Positions 50,644 through 59,995 of a DNA stretch of 64,000 nt are shown here, one piece after another. A model generated the notes under the pieces. That model saw only the letters and a program-made list of their open reading frames with translations. It was not told where the DNA came from and did not search any database. The position numbers and the translations under genes are program-made. Source of the stretch: an uncultured Candidatus Binatia bacterium (GTDB lineage: Bacteria; Desulfobacterota; Binatia; Bin18); the NCBI GenBank assembly GCA_965242605.1, contig CBDESS010000002.1:128572-192571 (forward strand). The letters run 5' to 3'. Numbering within the stretch: the first letter of the stretch is position 1; each line of letters begins with the position of its first letter.

Positions 50644-52970
50644 TGATCGATCCGAATAATCCCGATTATGCCAATACGCCGGCCTCAGACCAGCGTCCCG
50701 CCTATGGCTATGGTCCGGCCGACCCGACTGCCCCTCCCGCGGCGACCATTGTGACGCCGTTTTACAACACCGGGGCGGTTTTTCATGAGACTGCCCGCTC
50801 CGTCATGCGCCAGTCCTTCCAGCAGTGGGAATGGCTCATTGTGAACGACGGCTCAACCCGGCCCGAAGCCCTGGCCGTCCTTGATGAATATCGAGCGCTG
50901 TCCGATCCCCGTATCCGGGTCATGGACCAGCCGGCGAATCAGGGCCCTGGTGCCGCCCGAAACTGTGGCTTTCGAGCAGCGCGTGCGCCCTATGTCGTCC
51001 AGCTCGACAGCGATGACCTGCTTGAGCCGACCGCGGTGGAAAAATGGCTGTGGTTCCTGGAGTCCTACCCGGAGTACGCGTTTGCCACGGGCTATAGCGT
51101 TGGTTTTGCCGCCCGGGAATATCTGTGGCAGACGGGCTTTCACGATGGAGCAGCCTTTCTGGAAGACAATCCGGTTGATATCACCAGCGCCCACCGCACG
51201 GCTGTCCACCGGGCGGTGGGAGGCTATGACGAGACCATTCGGCACGGCTTTGAGGACTGGGACTTCTGGCTGCGGTGCGCCAGCCAGGGCTATTGGGGGG
51301 GAACCGTTCCCGAGTATCTCGACTGGTATCGGCGGCGAGAGTCACATCAGGACCGCTGGGCCAACTGGGACGCTGGCGGGCACCGGCGGGCTTTTCGGAG
51401 CGGCCTCCGGCAGAAATATCCTGCGTTGTGGAATGGCGGGTTTCCCCGGATTACGCCCCGTCCTCCCCTGCCGTATGACCCGATTCCGAACAGCCTGGCC
51501 TGGGACAACCGCTTAGCCAAAGACAAACCCCGCCTGGTCATGATTGTTCCCTGGATGACGATGGGCGGAGCGGACAAGTTTAATCTTGACCTGATCGAGC
51601 GGCTGACCGGGCGCGGCTGGGAGGTGTCGGTCGCCACCACCCTGAGCGGAGCTCATGCCTGGCTGCCGCTCTTTGCCCGTTGTACGCCAGACCTGTTTAT
51701 CCTCCAGAACTTTCTGCGCCGGGTGGATTATCCGCGTTTCCTGCGGGCGCTGATCTGCTCCAGACAGGCTGAGGTGGTCCTGATTTCCAACAGCGAGTTG
51801 GGCTACCAGCTGTTGCCCTACCTGCGCGCCCATTGTCCAGACACGACCTTTCTCGATTACTGTCATATGGAGGAGGAGGAGTGGAAGAACGGCGGCTATC
51901 CGCGTCTGGCCGTGGACTACCAGGAGTTGCTTGACCTCAATACGGTCTCGTCTACCCACCTCAAAGACTGGATGGTCCAGCGTGGGGCTGAGGCCGACCG
52001 CATCCGGGTCTGCTACATCAATGTCGACCCCGAGGTATGGAAGCCGGACAGCCGGCTGCGCCAAGCCGGGCGGAGCGAGCTCGATCTCGACGACCAGACC
52101 CCCGTCATCCTGTACGCCGGCCGTATCTGTGCCCAGAAACAGCCCAGGGTGTTTGCCCGGACGCTGCTCGGCGTTGCCAGACAGACTCCGCAGGTCGTGG
52201 CCCTCGTCGCCGGTGATGGACCTGAGCTGGGCTGGCTCCAGACCTTTACCCGTCGCCACCGGCTTCAACCGCAGATACGTTTCCTGGGGGCGGTTTCCCC
52301 CCAACGCATGCGGCAACTCCTGGCCGTCGCCGATATTTTTTTTCTGCCCTCACAGTGGGAGGGCATTGCTTTGTCCATCTACGAGGCAATGGCCTGTGGC
52401 CTGCCGGTCGTTGGCGCGGCTGTTGGTGGGCAGCCTGAGCTGGTCACTCCAGACTGTGGCACACTCATGACGCCCGGTGATGACACCGCCGAGGTTGCCC
52501 ACTACAGCGCGGAGCTGGCGCGTCTCATCCAAGACCCTGGCGCACGTCAGGCAATGGGCCGGGCCGGCCGGCGGCGGATCATGGATGGGTTTCAACTGGA
52601 CCAGATGGCCGACCGGATGGAAGCGGTGATGACCGAAGCCCGCCGTCTGCACCGGTCCCGGCCACGTCCCCGGCCCGGGCCCGGGCTGAGTCTGGCCTGT
52701 GCCGGCCAGGCGGTGGAGTATACCCGCCTGTTGCAACTCGCCGACAGCCTGTGGCAGGAGCGTGGACAGGCGAAGTCGGCTCCCCCCGGCCTTTCGCCCA
52801 TTGGGCTCGACGGGCTGCCGGGTGTGCCGTGGCGGTCACGTCTCTACTTTGCTCTCCGGCGTCTCTTGTTGCCGTCGTATCGGCTGGCCGTCAATTACAA
52901 TATGCGGTGGAGCGTGAGGCTCAAAGACGCACTGAGACGGTTCTTGTTGGGACGCCACCGCGCCAGCTGA
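50643..52970 (+). CDS. Bifunctional GT2 + GT4 glycosyltransferase
   Basis: GT2: VNDGST, GPGAARN, LDSDD, EDWDFW. GT4: GGADKFNLDL, QKQP, EGIALSIYEAMACG. Confidence 0.9.
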   Translation: MIDPNNPDYANTPASDQRPAYGYGPADPTAPPAATIVTPFYNTGAVFHETARSVMRQSFQQWEWLIVNDGSTRPEALAVLDEYRALSDPRIRVMDQPANQGPGAARNCGFRAARAPYVVQLDSDDLLEPTAVEKWLWFLESYPEYAFATGYSVGFAAREYLWQTGFHDGAAFLEDNPVDITSAHRTAVHRAVGGYDETIRHGFEDWDFWLRCASQGYWGGTVPEYLDWYRRRESHQDRWANWDAGGHRRAFRSGLRQKYPALWNGGFPRITPRPPLPYDPIPNSLAWDNRLAKDKPRLVMIVPWMTMGGADKFNLDLIERLTGRGWEVSVATTLSGAHAWLPLFARCTPDLFILQNFLRRVDYPRFLRALICSRQAEVVLISNSELGYQLLPYLRAHCPDTTFLDYCHMEEEEWKNGGYPRLAVDYQELLDLNTVSSTHLKDWMVQRGAEADRIRVCYINVDPEVWKPDSRLRQAGRSELDLDDQTPVILYAGRICAQKQPRVFARTLLGVARQTPQVVALVAGDGPELGWLQTFTRRHRLQPQIRFLGAVSPQRMRQLLAVADIFFLPSQWEGIALSIYEAMACGLPVVGAAVGGQPELVTPDCGTLMTPGDDTAEVAHYSAELARLIQDPGARQAMGRAGRRRIMDGFQLDQMADRMEAVMTEARRLHRSRPRPRPGPGLSLACAGQAVEYTRLLQLADSLWQERGQAKSAPPGLSPIGLDGLPGVPWRSRLYFALRRLLLPSYRLAVNYNMRWSVRLKDALRRFLLGRHRAS

Positions 52971-53081
52971 CCGCCCACCACGGCCGGGGCAGAGAGGAGA
53001 GACGCTGGAGCCGCTATCTCACCGCAGCCGAGTGTGGCACGATACGGGACAGCAATACCTCTCGTCCCTGTCCGGTGCATA

Positions 53082-54506
53082 ATGACAGAGAATACTGCCG
53101 CCCCTCACCTCTTATTGCTCGTGCCCTGGCTGGAAATGGGCGGGGCGGACAAGTTCAACCTGGACCTGCTCCGGCAGTTGCGCCAACGGGGATGGCAGGT
53201 GTCGGTCGCAACGACCTTGCCCTCCGCTCACCCCTGGTTGGCCCGGTTTACCCGCTATAGCCAGGACATTTTTCTGTTTGACCAGCAGCGACGGCTGGCC
53301 GACTATCCCGCTTTTCTCCGCGAGTTGATTCAGACGCGGGGCGTCAATGTGGTACTGATTACCAATAGCGAACTCGGCTATCTGCTCCTGCCGTACCTGC
53401 GTGCCGAGTGTTCGGACGTGACGTTTGTCGATTTTTGCCATATGGAAGAGCACGCCTGGAAACGCGGTGGCTACCCCCGGATGTCGATTGAACACCAGGA
53501 CTTGCTTGACTTGCAGTTCGTCTCCTCTGACTATCTGCGCGGCTGGATGGTTGACCGTGGAGCCGACCCCGAGCGCATCCGGGTGTGTTACATCAATATC
53601 GATCCGACTGAATGGCGGCCCGACCCTGAGCGGCGTAAACGGGTTCGCCGTGAGCTGCTGACCACTCCTGAACACAGCGAGCAGGACGAACGAGGGCCCC
53701 GGCTCCCAATCATCTTGTACGCCGGACGTATCTGCGACCAAAAACAGCCGCGCGTGTTTCTGGAGACGCTCCGACACCTGAGGGCCGGCACCGACCGCTT
53801 TGTGGCAGTAGTGGCCGGCGACGGGCCCGAGTTTGCCTGGCTGCGAAGCGCGATCAGCCGCTCCGGTCTGGTCGACCGGGTGCTTTTGCTGGGAGCGGTT
53901 TCAAACGCGCGGATTCGAGACCTGATGAGCGCGGCCGATATCTTTTTTCTGCCCTCCCGATGGGAGGGCATCGCCGCGTCGATCTTTGAGGCGATGGCCT
54001 GTGGGCTGCCGGTTGTAGGGGCGGATGCAGGCGGCCAGCGGGAACTCCTGACCCCGGAGTGTGGGGTGCTGGTCTCGCCAAGCCCCACCGGAACGGCTGG
54101 CGCAGCGCGTCAATACGCGACTATCCTGGCCGACCTGCTGAGCGACCCCCAACGCCGGGCAGCCCTCGGCCGGGCGGCACGACAGCGCGTCTGCCAGCAT
54201 TTCCGGCTTGAGCAGATGGGCGAGCGCATGGCCGGCTTACTCCAGGCGGCGCAGGACCTGCATATCCGCCAGCCCCGTCCCCTCCCCGATGCGCGCTTCG
54301 GCCAGCTCCGGGCGGTGCGGACCGTGCGCTATATGCGCTTCCAGGCGCTGCTCAGACGCCTGGTGTCTCCGACCATACGAGCGGCCTTGGACAAAAAGCT
54401 CCACTGGCTCCTGCCGGTCAGGGAGACCGCCGAGCGGGTCTTGCTGCGACAGGTCTGGAGAGATGCCCCTGCCGTGCGCCGGCTCCCTCCACCCAAGACA
54501 CCGTGA
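53082..54506 (+). CDS. GT4 glycosyltransferase, paralog of the preceding gene's C-terminal half
   Basis: GGADKFNLDL, NSELGY.LLPYLRA, QKQP, EGIAASIFEAMACG. Confidence 0.9.
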   Translation: MTENTAAPHLLLLVPWLEMGGADKFNLDLLRQLRQRGWQVSVATTLPSAHPWLARFTRYSQDIFLFDQQRRLADYPAFLRELIQTRGVNVVLITNSELGYLLLPYLRAECSDVTFVDFCHMEEHAWKRGGYPRMSIEHQDLLDLQFVSSDYLRGWMVDRGADPERIRVCYINIDPTEWRPDPERRKRVRRELLTTPEHSEQDERGPRLPIILYAGRICDQKQPRVFLETLRHLRAGTDRFVAVVAGDGPEFAWLRSAISRSGLVDRVLLLGAVSNARIRDLMSAADIFFLPSRWEGIAASIFEAMACGLPVVGADAGGQRELLTPECGVLVSPSPTGTAGAARQYATILADLLSDPQRRAALGRAARQRVCQHFRLEQMGERMAGLLQAAQDLHIRQPRPLPDARFGQLRAVRTVRYMRFQALLRRLVSPTIRAALDKKLHWLLPVRETAERVLLRQVWRDAPAVRRLPPPKTP

Positions 54507-55396
54507 GCTGCCCGAATTCCAAAACCCCCTCCGAGCCCGCGGCCGTCCACGCACAGCCGACAGAGGTCACCGTTTCGGTTGTCATCCTGACCTGGAACTC
54601 CGAGCAGCAGATTGCCGCCTGCCTGGCCTCCCTGACCCAAGGGCTGGGCGCATTTTCTGCTGAGGTCATTGTGATTGACAACGGCTCACAGGACCGGACC
54701 TGTGCCGTTATCCACAAGACCCTGCCCGGCGTGCGGCTGGTGCGTAACACCACAAACCGCGGCGTTGCCCCGGCTCGGAATCAGGGCATCCGCTTAGCGC
54801 GTGGCCAGTATATCGTCCTTCTGGACGACGACACGATCGTCCAGCCCGGGGCTTTGGACTCCCTCATCCACTACATGAACACCCGGCCCGAGGTCGGGAT
54901 ATGCGGCCCTAAACTGACCGCGGCCGACGGCGGGCTCCAGTTCTCCTGTCGGCTGTTCCCGACCTTGTCCGATAAACTGGCCCGGCGTCTGCCCTCAGCC
55001 GCGGCGCAAAACATCGCCCGTGTCTCTGACATGGCCGACTGGGATCACAACGCGACCCGTGAGGTGGACTATGTGATCGGGGCCTGCCAGGTTGTCCGTC
55101 ACAGCGCCCTGCGCACGGTAGGGATGCTTGACGAGCATATCTTCTATGGTCCAGAAGACATTGACCTGTGTCTGCGGCTGCAACAGGCCGGCTGGCGGGT
55201 GGTGTATAAGCCTGATGCGGTCGTTATGCATGAGGAGCGACGGATGACCAACTCCGTGTGGTCCGGTCTGACCTGGAAGCATATGTGGAGCGTCGGCTAT
55301 TTTTTCTGGAAGCACGGCTACCTGCTGTCCCGCAAAAAGCCCTACGCACGGATTGCCCGGTCTCGGGCGCGCAGTCAGGTCCGGAGGCAGGGGTGA
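54503..55396 (+). CDS. GT2 glycosyltransferase (WbbL-like)
   Basis: IDNGSQD, NRGVAPARNQG, LDDD, VIGAC, EDIDLCLR. Confidence 0.88.
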   Translation: MSCPNSKTPSEPAAVHAQPTEVTVSVVILTWNSEQQIAACLASLTQGLGAFSAEVIVIDNGSQDRTCAVIHKTLPGVRLVRNTTNRGVAPARNQGIRLARGQYIVLLDDDTIVQPGALDSLIHYMNTRPEVGICGPKLTAADGGLQFSCRLFPTLSDKLARRLPSAAAQNIARVSDMADWDHNATREVDYVIGACQVVRHSALRTVGMLDEHIFYGPEDIDLCLRLQQAGWRVVYKPDAVVMHEERRMTNSVWSGLTWKHMWSVGYFFWKHGYLLSRKKPYARIARSRARSQVRRQG

Positions 55397-56856
55397 GGAG
55401 CCCTGCGTTCCGCTCCTCAACGCTGCTGCTGGGGCTCCTGGCCGCCGACCTGGTGTGTGCCGGCGGCGCATACGCGATGGCATTTGCCTTCCGGTTTGTT
55501 CTGCCGCTGCCCTTCACCGCCGAGCTGCTGCCGGCCGAGCGCCTCATCGAAGTGCGCCACCCCGTCGTCTTCCTTCTCGTCACCCAGGGATGGGTCTTAT
55601 ACTTTCTGGGGCTCTACGATCTGCATACCTCGCAGTTGCGGGCCCGGGTCCTGCCCCGGACGCTGACCGCCGGCGGGCTGCAAGTGCTGCTGACCACGGC
55701 GTGGTATTTTTTTCGGGGCGATGTTTTTTTCCCCCGTTCCGTGCTGGTGCTCTTCTGGCTCTTCAACGCGGTGATGGTCGGCGTCCTGCGCCTGGGCGTC
55801 CTGCGCTGGCTGGGGCGGGTCCGCCCGGTGCGGATTCTGCTGGTCGGTACGACTAAGGAGGCGCGAGCTTTTCTCAGCCTTCTGCCCGCGGTGCGGCCCC
55901 GGCCCAAGGTTGTGGGCCTGGTCAGCCTCTCCGGTCTGAATGGCCAGGCCGCCCAGGATGACGACCAGCCCGAGCCTGCCGACCTGGGGGTCCCCCGGCT
56001 GGGGGACGTGACAGCGCTGGAGCGGATTGTCCAGGATGTGGGCGCTGATGATATCATCCTGCTGGCCTCTACAACCTGGAAAGACGCCTTTGCTGAACGC
56101 CTGCTCGGTCTGCCAATGCAGCCTGGCAAGCGGGCTGATTCGTCCCTGGACGACACTGACAGACGCCCCCGGGTGCTGGTTGTGCCCTCGGTGTACGACA
56201 TCCTGGTTGGGCGGGTCGCCTCGATCCGGCTGCACGACATGCCCCTGGTCGAAGCGCTCAAAGACCCGCACGACGATCTGGCCTTCGTCGTCAAGGGCAT
56301 CCTTGACCGGGTGCTGGCGGCGGGGCTGCTGGTGCTGAGTCTGCCCGTCCTGGGTCTGGCCGCCGCCGGCTTGGCCGCCACCTCCCCGGGACCGATTGTC
56401 TACCGCCAGCGGCGCGTCGGCAAAGACGGCCGGGAGTTCATCCTGTACAAGTTACGCACCATGATCGACCGGGCTGAAGAAGAGACCGGGCCGGTGCTGG
56501 CCAGCCGGACCGACCCGCGGGTGACCCGGCTGGGCCGCCTCCTGCGCAAGAGCCGCATTGACGAACTCCCGCAGCTCTGGAACGTCCTGAACGGTACAAT
56601 GAGTCTGGTCGGCCCCCGGCCCGAGCGGCCCGAGTTTGTCAAAGACTTCCTGTGCAGCGTGCCAGGCTATGCCGAGCGATTCCAGGTCAAACCTGGCGTA
56701 ACCGGGCTGGCCCAGATCAACGGCGAGTACCACACCACCCCGGAATACAAGCTCAAATACGACCTGGCCTATATGTACAACTATTCGGTATGGCTCGATG
56801 TCCGTATTCTGGCCGATACGGTCAAGGTCGTGCTGACCCGCCAGGGCAGCGCCTGA
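55393..56856 (+). CDS. Priming polyprenyl-phosphate sugar-phosphotransferase (WbaP/WcaJ family)
   Basis: N-terminal TMs; KLRTM, DPRVT, DELPQLWNVL.G.MSLVGPRPE, VKPGVTGLAQ, YDL.Y. Confidence 0.93.
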   Translation: MRSPAFRSSTLLLGLLAADLVCAGGAYAMAFAFRFVLPLPFTAELLPAERLIEVRHPVVFLLVTQGWVLYFLGLYDLHTSQLRARVLPRTLTAGGLQVLLTTAWYFFRGDVFFPRSVLVLFWLFNAVMVGVLRLGVLRWLGRVRPVRILLVGTTKEARAFLSLLPAVRPRPKVVGLVSLSGLNGQAAQDDDQPEPADLGVPRLGDVTALERIVQDVGADDIILLASTTWKDAFAERLLGLPMQPGKRADSSLDDTDRRPRVLVVPSVYDILVGRVASIRLHDMPLVEALKDPHDDLAFVVKGILDRVLAAGLLVLSLPVLGLAAAGLAATSPGPIVYRQRRVGKDGREFILYKLRTMIDRAEEETGPVLASRTDPRVTRLGRLLRKSRIDELPQLWNVLNGTMSLVGPRPERPEFVKDFLCSVPGYAERFQVKPGVTGLAQINGEYHTTPEYKLKYDLAYMYNYSVWLDVRILADTVKVVLTRQGSA

Positions 56857-56859
56857 ATC

Positions 56860-58155
56860 ATGCGCCCCCCACACGGCAAAGCGCCGGCAGAAGGCCGGAT
56901 ATGGGCCGAGCGCAGTGTCCGCATCGGCTTGGGGCTGTTTTTCGTCAGTCTGTGTACCTCGGTCGCCATTCAGCAAACCCTGCTCGGCGTCATGCTCGGC
57001 CTCGGGGCCTGCCACTGCTGGCGGACCCGGACCGTCCCCCGCACGCCTCTTGACCCGGCACTGCTGCTCTTCGGGGGCGCACTGCTGCTGTCAAGCCTGC
57101 TCGGCCCGGACCCGCTCCACTCCCTGTCAGCATATCGAAAGCTGTGGCTGGTGGGGGCCTTTTTTGTCGCCTATGTCCTGATTGACAGCCGCCAGTGCGC
57201 CGTCTGGCTCATCAGACTGGTGGTCATCACTGCGGCTGTGCTGGCCGCCTACGGCATTGTCCAGCACCACACCGGCCTTGACCTCGCCCGCCAGTTGGTC
57301 GGCAAAGAGCCGAATCTGACCGCCTTCTGGTTGGGCAGCAAAGAGGGGTTTCGGACCGCCGGGCTTTTTCCGTCGGGCATCACCTACGCCCACAATCTGC
57401 TGTTTCCCCTGTGTCTGGTCACGGTCCTTCTCTCGGCTCCAACCGGGAGCTGGTGGACACGGGCCGGGCTGGGGCTGGGCTGGGGGTTGTGCTGGGGGCT
57501 GATGGTGCTGGCCCTGCTGTTCTCCCTGACCCGAGGCGTCTGGATAGCGTATGCCGGTGTGCTCGTGCTGGCCGGCGTGGTCCGGGGCAGACGGACGCTC
57601 AGCAGGGTCCTCTGGGTGCTCGGGCCGCTCGGCGTCTGCGGGGTGTTGCTGCTCAATGCCGGCGACGGCGTGCGGGAGCGGGCCGGTGAAATTGTTGACC
57701 TGAACGCGCCGGCAAATCTCGCCCGCAGCCGCATCTGGCAGGCCAATATCGCCATGATCCAGGACCGGCCGCTGTTTGGCTGGGGCTACGGCAACTATAA
57801 ACAGTTCCGCGGCCCCTACTACGCCCAGTACCCGGAGGTCGGCCCGGCCGGGTGGGCCGGGAACTCGAGCGCCCACGCCCATAACACCTTTTTGCAACTG
57901 TGGGTCGATGGTGGCTGGCTCGGCCTTGTCGCTTTTGTCGCCCTGATTGCGGTTGTCCTGGGCAGAGGCTGGCAGACCTACACCCGGCTGTCAGCCGAGC
58001 CGCTCAAGAGCTGCGCCCTGGGCATTCTGCTCGGCCTTGTCGGCTTTCTCATCGGCGGGCTGACCCAGCACAACTTTGGCGATGCCGAGGTGAGCATCGT
58101 GCTGTGGGCGCTTGTTGGCGTGCTGACCCGCCTCGAGCAGTGGACGGAGGACTGA
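56860..58155 (+). CDS. O-antigen ligase family protein (WaaL / O-oligosaccharyltransferase-like)
   Basis: About 12 TM segments, SLTRG, R..IW, PLFGWG.G, HAHN..LQ. Confidence 0.88.
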   Translation: MRPPHGKAPAEGRIWAERSVRIGLGLFFVSLCTSVAIQQTLLGVMLGLGACHCWRTRTVPRTPLDPALLLFGGALLLSSLLGPDPLHSLSAYRKLWLVGAFFVAYVLIDSRQCAVWLIRLVVITAAVLAAYGIVQHHTGLDLARQLVGKEPNLTAFWLGSKEGFRTAGLFPSGITYAHNLLFPLCLVTVLLSAPTGSWWTRAGLGLGWGLCWGLMVLALLFSLTRGVWIAYAGVLVLAGVVRGRRTLSRVLWVLGPLGVCGVLLLNAGDGVRERAGEIVDLNAPANLARSRIWQANIAMIQDRPLFGWGYGNYKQFRGPYYAQYPEVGPAGWAGNSSAHAHNTFLQLWVDGGWLGLVAFVALIAVVLGRGWQTYTRLSAEPLKSCALGILLGLVGFLIGGLTQHNFGDAEVSIVLWALVGVLTRLEQWTED

Positions 58156-58255
58156 AATACCCCAACAGCCCGCCCGTCACACAGCACCCTGACCCGCCCC
58201 GTCCTTGTCCCCTTGCCGCCCCTCATGCGCGTCGCTATGGTGGCCCAGGCCTGCC

Positions 58256-59995
58256 ATGTACCGCCTCTGGACCTATATCTTTCGCTACCGCTACCGGTAT
58301 CTGCGCGGTATCCTGTGTCTGTTGCTCACCGCCAGCCTGGCGATGTCCATTCCGCTCCTGCTCAAGCGTGCGGTTGAAGGCATTGAGCGGGGGCTGCCTT
58401 TCTCTGACATCAGCCTGTCGCTTGCCGCGGTCATCGGTGTCGCGCTCATTCTGGGCGTGGTCCGCGCCTTCTCCCGGTTCCTGATCTTCAATGTCGGCCG
58501 CGACATTGAGTATGCGTTGCGCAACGACCTGTTTGCCCACATCCAGACGCTGTCTCTCCGCTACTACCAGCGCAACTTTACCGGCGACCTGATGTCCCGT
58601 TTTGTGAACGACGTCAACGCGGTCCGTCTGCTGCTGGGGCTGGGAATCCTGAATGTACTGAACACCCCCGTGTACTATGCGTACGGCGTCTCGGCCATGA
58701 TCGCTATTGACCCCGGCCTGACCCTGGCTGCCCTGGCCCCGTATCCCCTGATGATCGTCTTTGTGCGGGCCATGAGCCGGCAGCTCATGGCCCGCACCCT
58801 GCGGGTCCAGGAGGGCCTGGCCGAGCTCTCGACCCGGGTCCAGGAGGGGACCAGCGGCATCCATGTCGTGCATGCCTATGTGGGCGAGGAGTGGCAGAAC
58901 GCCGGGTTTGCCACCCTGAACGCGCGATTCAAGGCCGACAGCATCGCCCTGGCCCGGATACGCGGCCTGTTTCCGCCGCTGATGAAAAGTGTGTCCGGGC
59001 TCGGCCTGCTGGTCATCCTGTGGTACGGCGGGGCGCAGGTCATTGCCGGCCGGCTGAGCCTGGGCGATCTGGTCGCCTTTATGGGCTATCTCCACCTGCT
59101 GGCCTGGCCGACGATGGCCCTCGGCTGGCTGGTGTCCATCCTGCAACGGGGACGGGCCGCCCTCCAGCGCCTCGACGGCGTCTTTCAGGTCCAACCCGAG
59201 ATCGTTGACGGCCCTGACGGCCGGCCGGGGCAGGTGTTCAAGGGGGAAGTCGGCTTTCATAACGTGGACTTTGCCTACCACGCGCCTGACAACGGCCACC
59301 AGGTTCTGCACGATATCACCTTCACCGTCCCGGCCGGCTCTACCGTCGCCGTGGTCGGCCGCATGGGTTCGGGCAAAAGCAGCCTGGTGCATCTGCTGCC
59401 GCGGCTGTTTGACGTCAGCGACGGCTCGGTCAGCATTGACGGTCGGGATATTCGGACGTTGTCCCTGGCGGACCTGCGCCGCGCCGTCGGCTTTGTCCCC
59501 CAAGAGCCATTTCTGTTCTCAACCCGCATCAAAGACAATATCGCCTTTGGAATGCCGACGCTTGAGCCCGAGCGAGTCCGGTGGGCGGCTGAGGTGGCGA
59601 GCATCGACCACGAGATTGCAGCCCTGCCCAAGGGCTATGATACGGTGATCGGTGAGCGCGGCATCACGCTGTCCGGCGGCCAGAAACAACGCCTGACCCT
59701 GGCCCGGGCCCTGATGGCCGACCCGCCAATCCTGGTCCTTGACGCCGCGCTGTCGAGCGTGGATACCCAGACCGAGCGGACCATCCTGCACGCCCTGCGC
59801 GACTCAACGCGGGGCAAGACGGTCGTGCTGATTTCGCACCGCATCTCCGCGGTCCGGGACGCCGCCCTGATCGTGGTGCTTGACCGCGGCCGGATTGTTG
59901 AGACCGGCACGCACCAGGACCTCGTGGCCCGGGGCGGCCTGTACGCCAACCTCTTTCAGCAGCAGACCCTGGAGCACGAACTGGCCGAGCTGTGA
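58256..59995 (+). CDS. ABC exporter TMD-NBD subunit with degenerate Walker B (heterodimer partner, MdlA/YheI-like)
   Basis: TGDLMSR, GRMGSGKS, LSGGQKQR, LVLDAALSSVD lacking the catalytic Glu. Confidence 0.92.
   Translation: MYRLWTYIFRYRYRYLRGILCLLLTASLAMSIPLLLKRAVEGIERGLPFSDISLSLAAVIGVALILGVVRAFSRFLIFNVGRDIEYALRNDLFAHIQTLSLRYYQRNFTGDLMSRFVNDVNAVRLLLGLGILNVLNTPVYYAYGVSAMIAIDPGLTLAALAPYPLMIVFVRAMSRQLMARTLRVQEGLAELSTRVQEGTSGIHVVHAYVGEEWQNAGFATLNARFKADSIALARIRGLFPPLMKSVSGLGLLVILWYGGAQVIAGRLSLGDLVAFMGYLHLLAWPTMALGWLVSILQRGRAALQRLDGVFQVQPEIVDGPDGRPGQVFKGEVGFHNVDFAYHAPDNGHQVLHDITFTVPAGSTVAVVGRMGSGKSSLVHLLPRLFDVSDGSVSIDGRDIRTLSLADLRRAVGFVPQEPFLFSTRIKDNIAFGMPTLEPERVRWAAEVASIDHEIAALPKGYDTVIGERGITLSGGQKQRLTLARALMADPPILVLDAALSSVDTQTERTILHALRDSTRGKTVVLISHRISAVRDAALIVVLDRGRIVETGTHQDLVARGGLYANLFQQQTLEHELAEL

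Noticed and set aside
59725-59765. Walker B lacking Glu (LDAALS) as a sign of pseudogenisation
   Set aside because: A degenerate site is normal in heterodimeric ABC exporters, and the partner has the canonical LDEATS.
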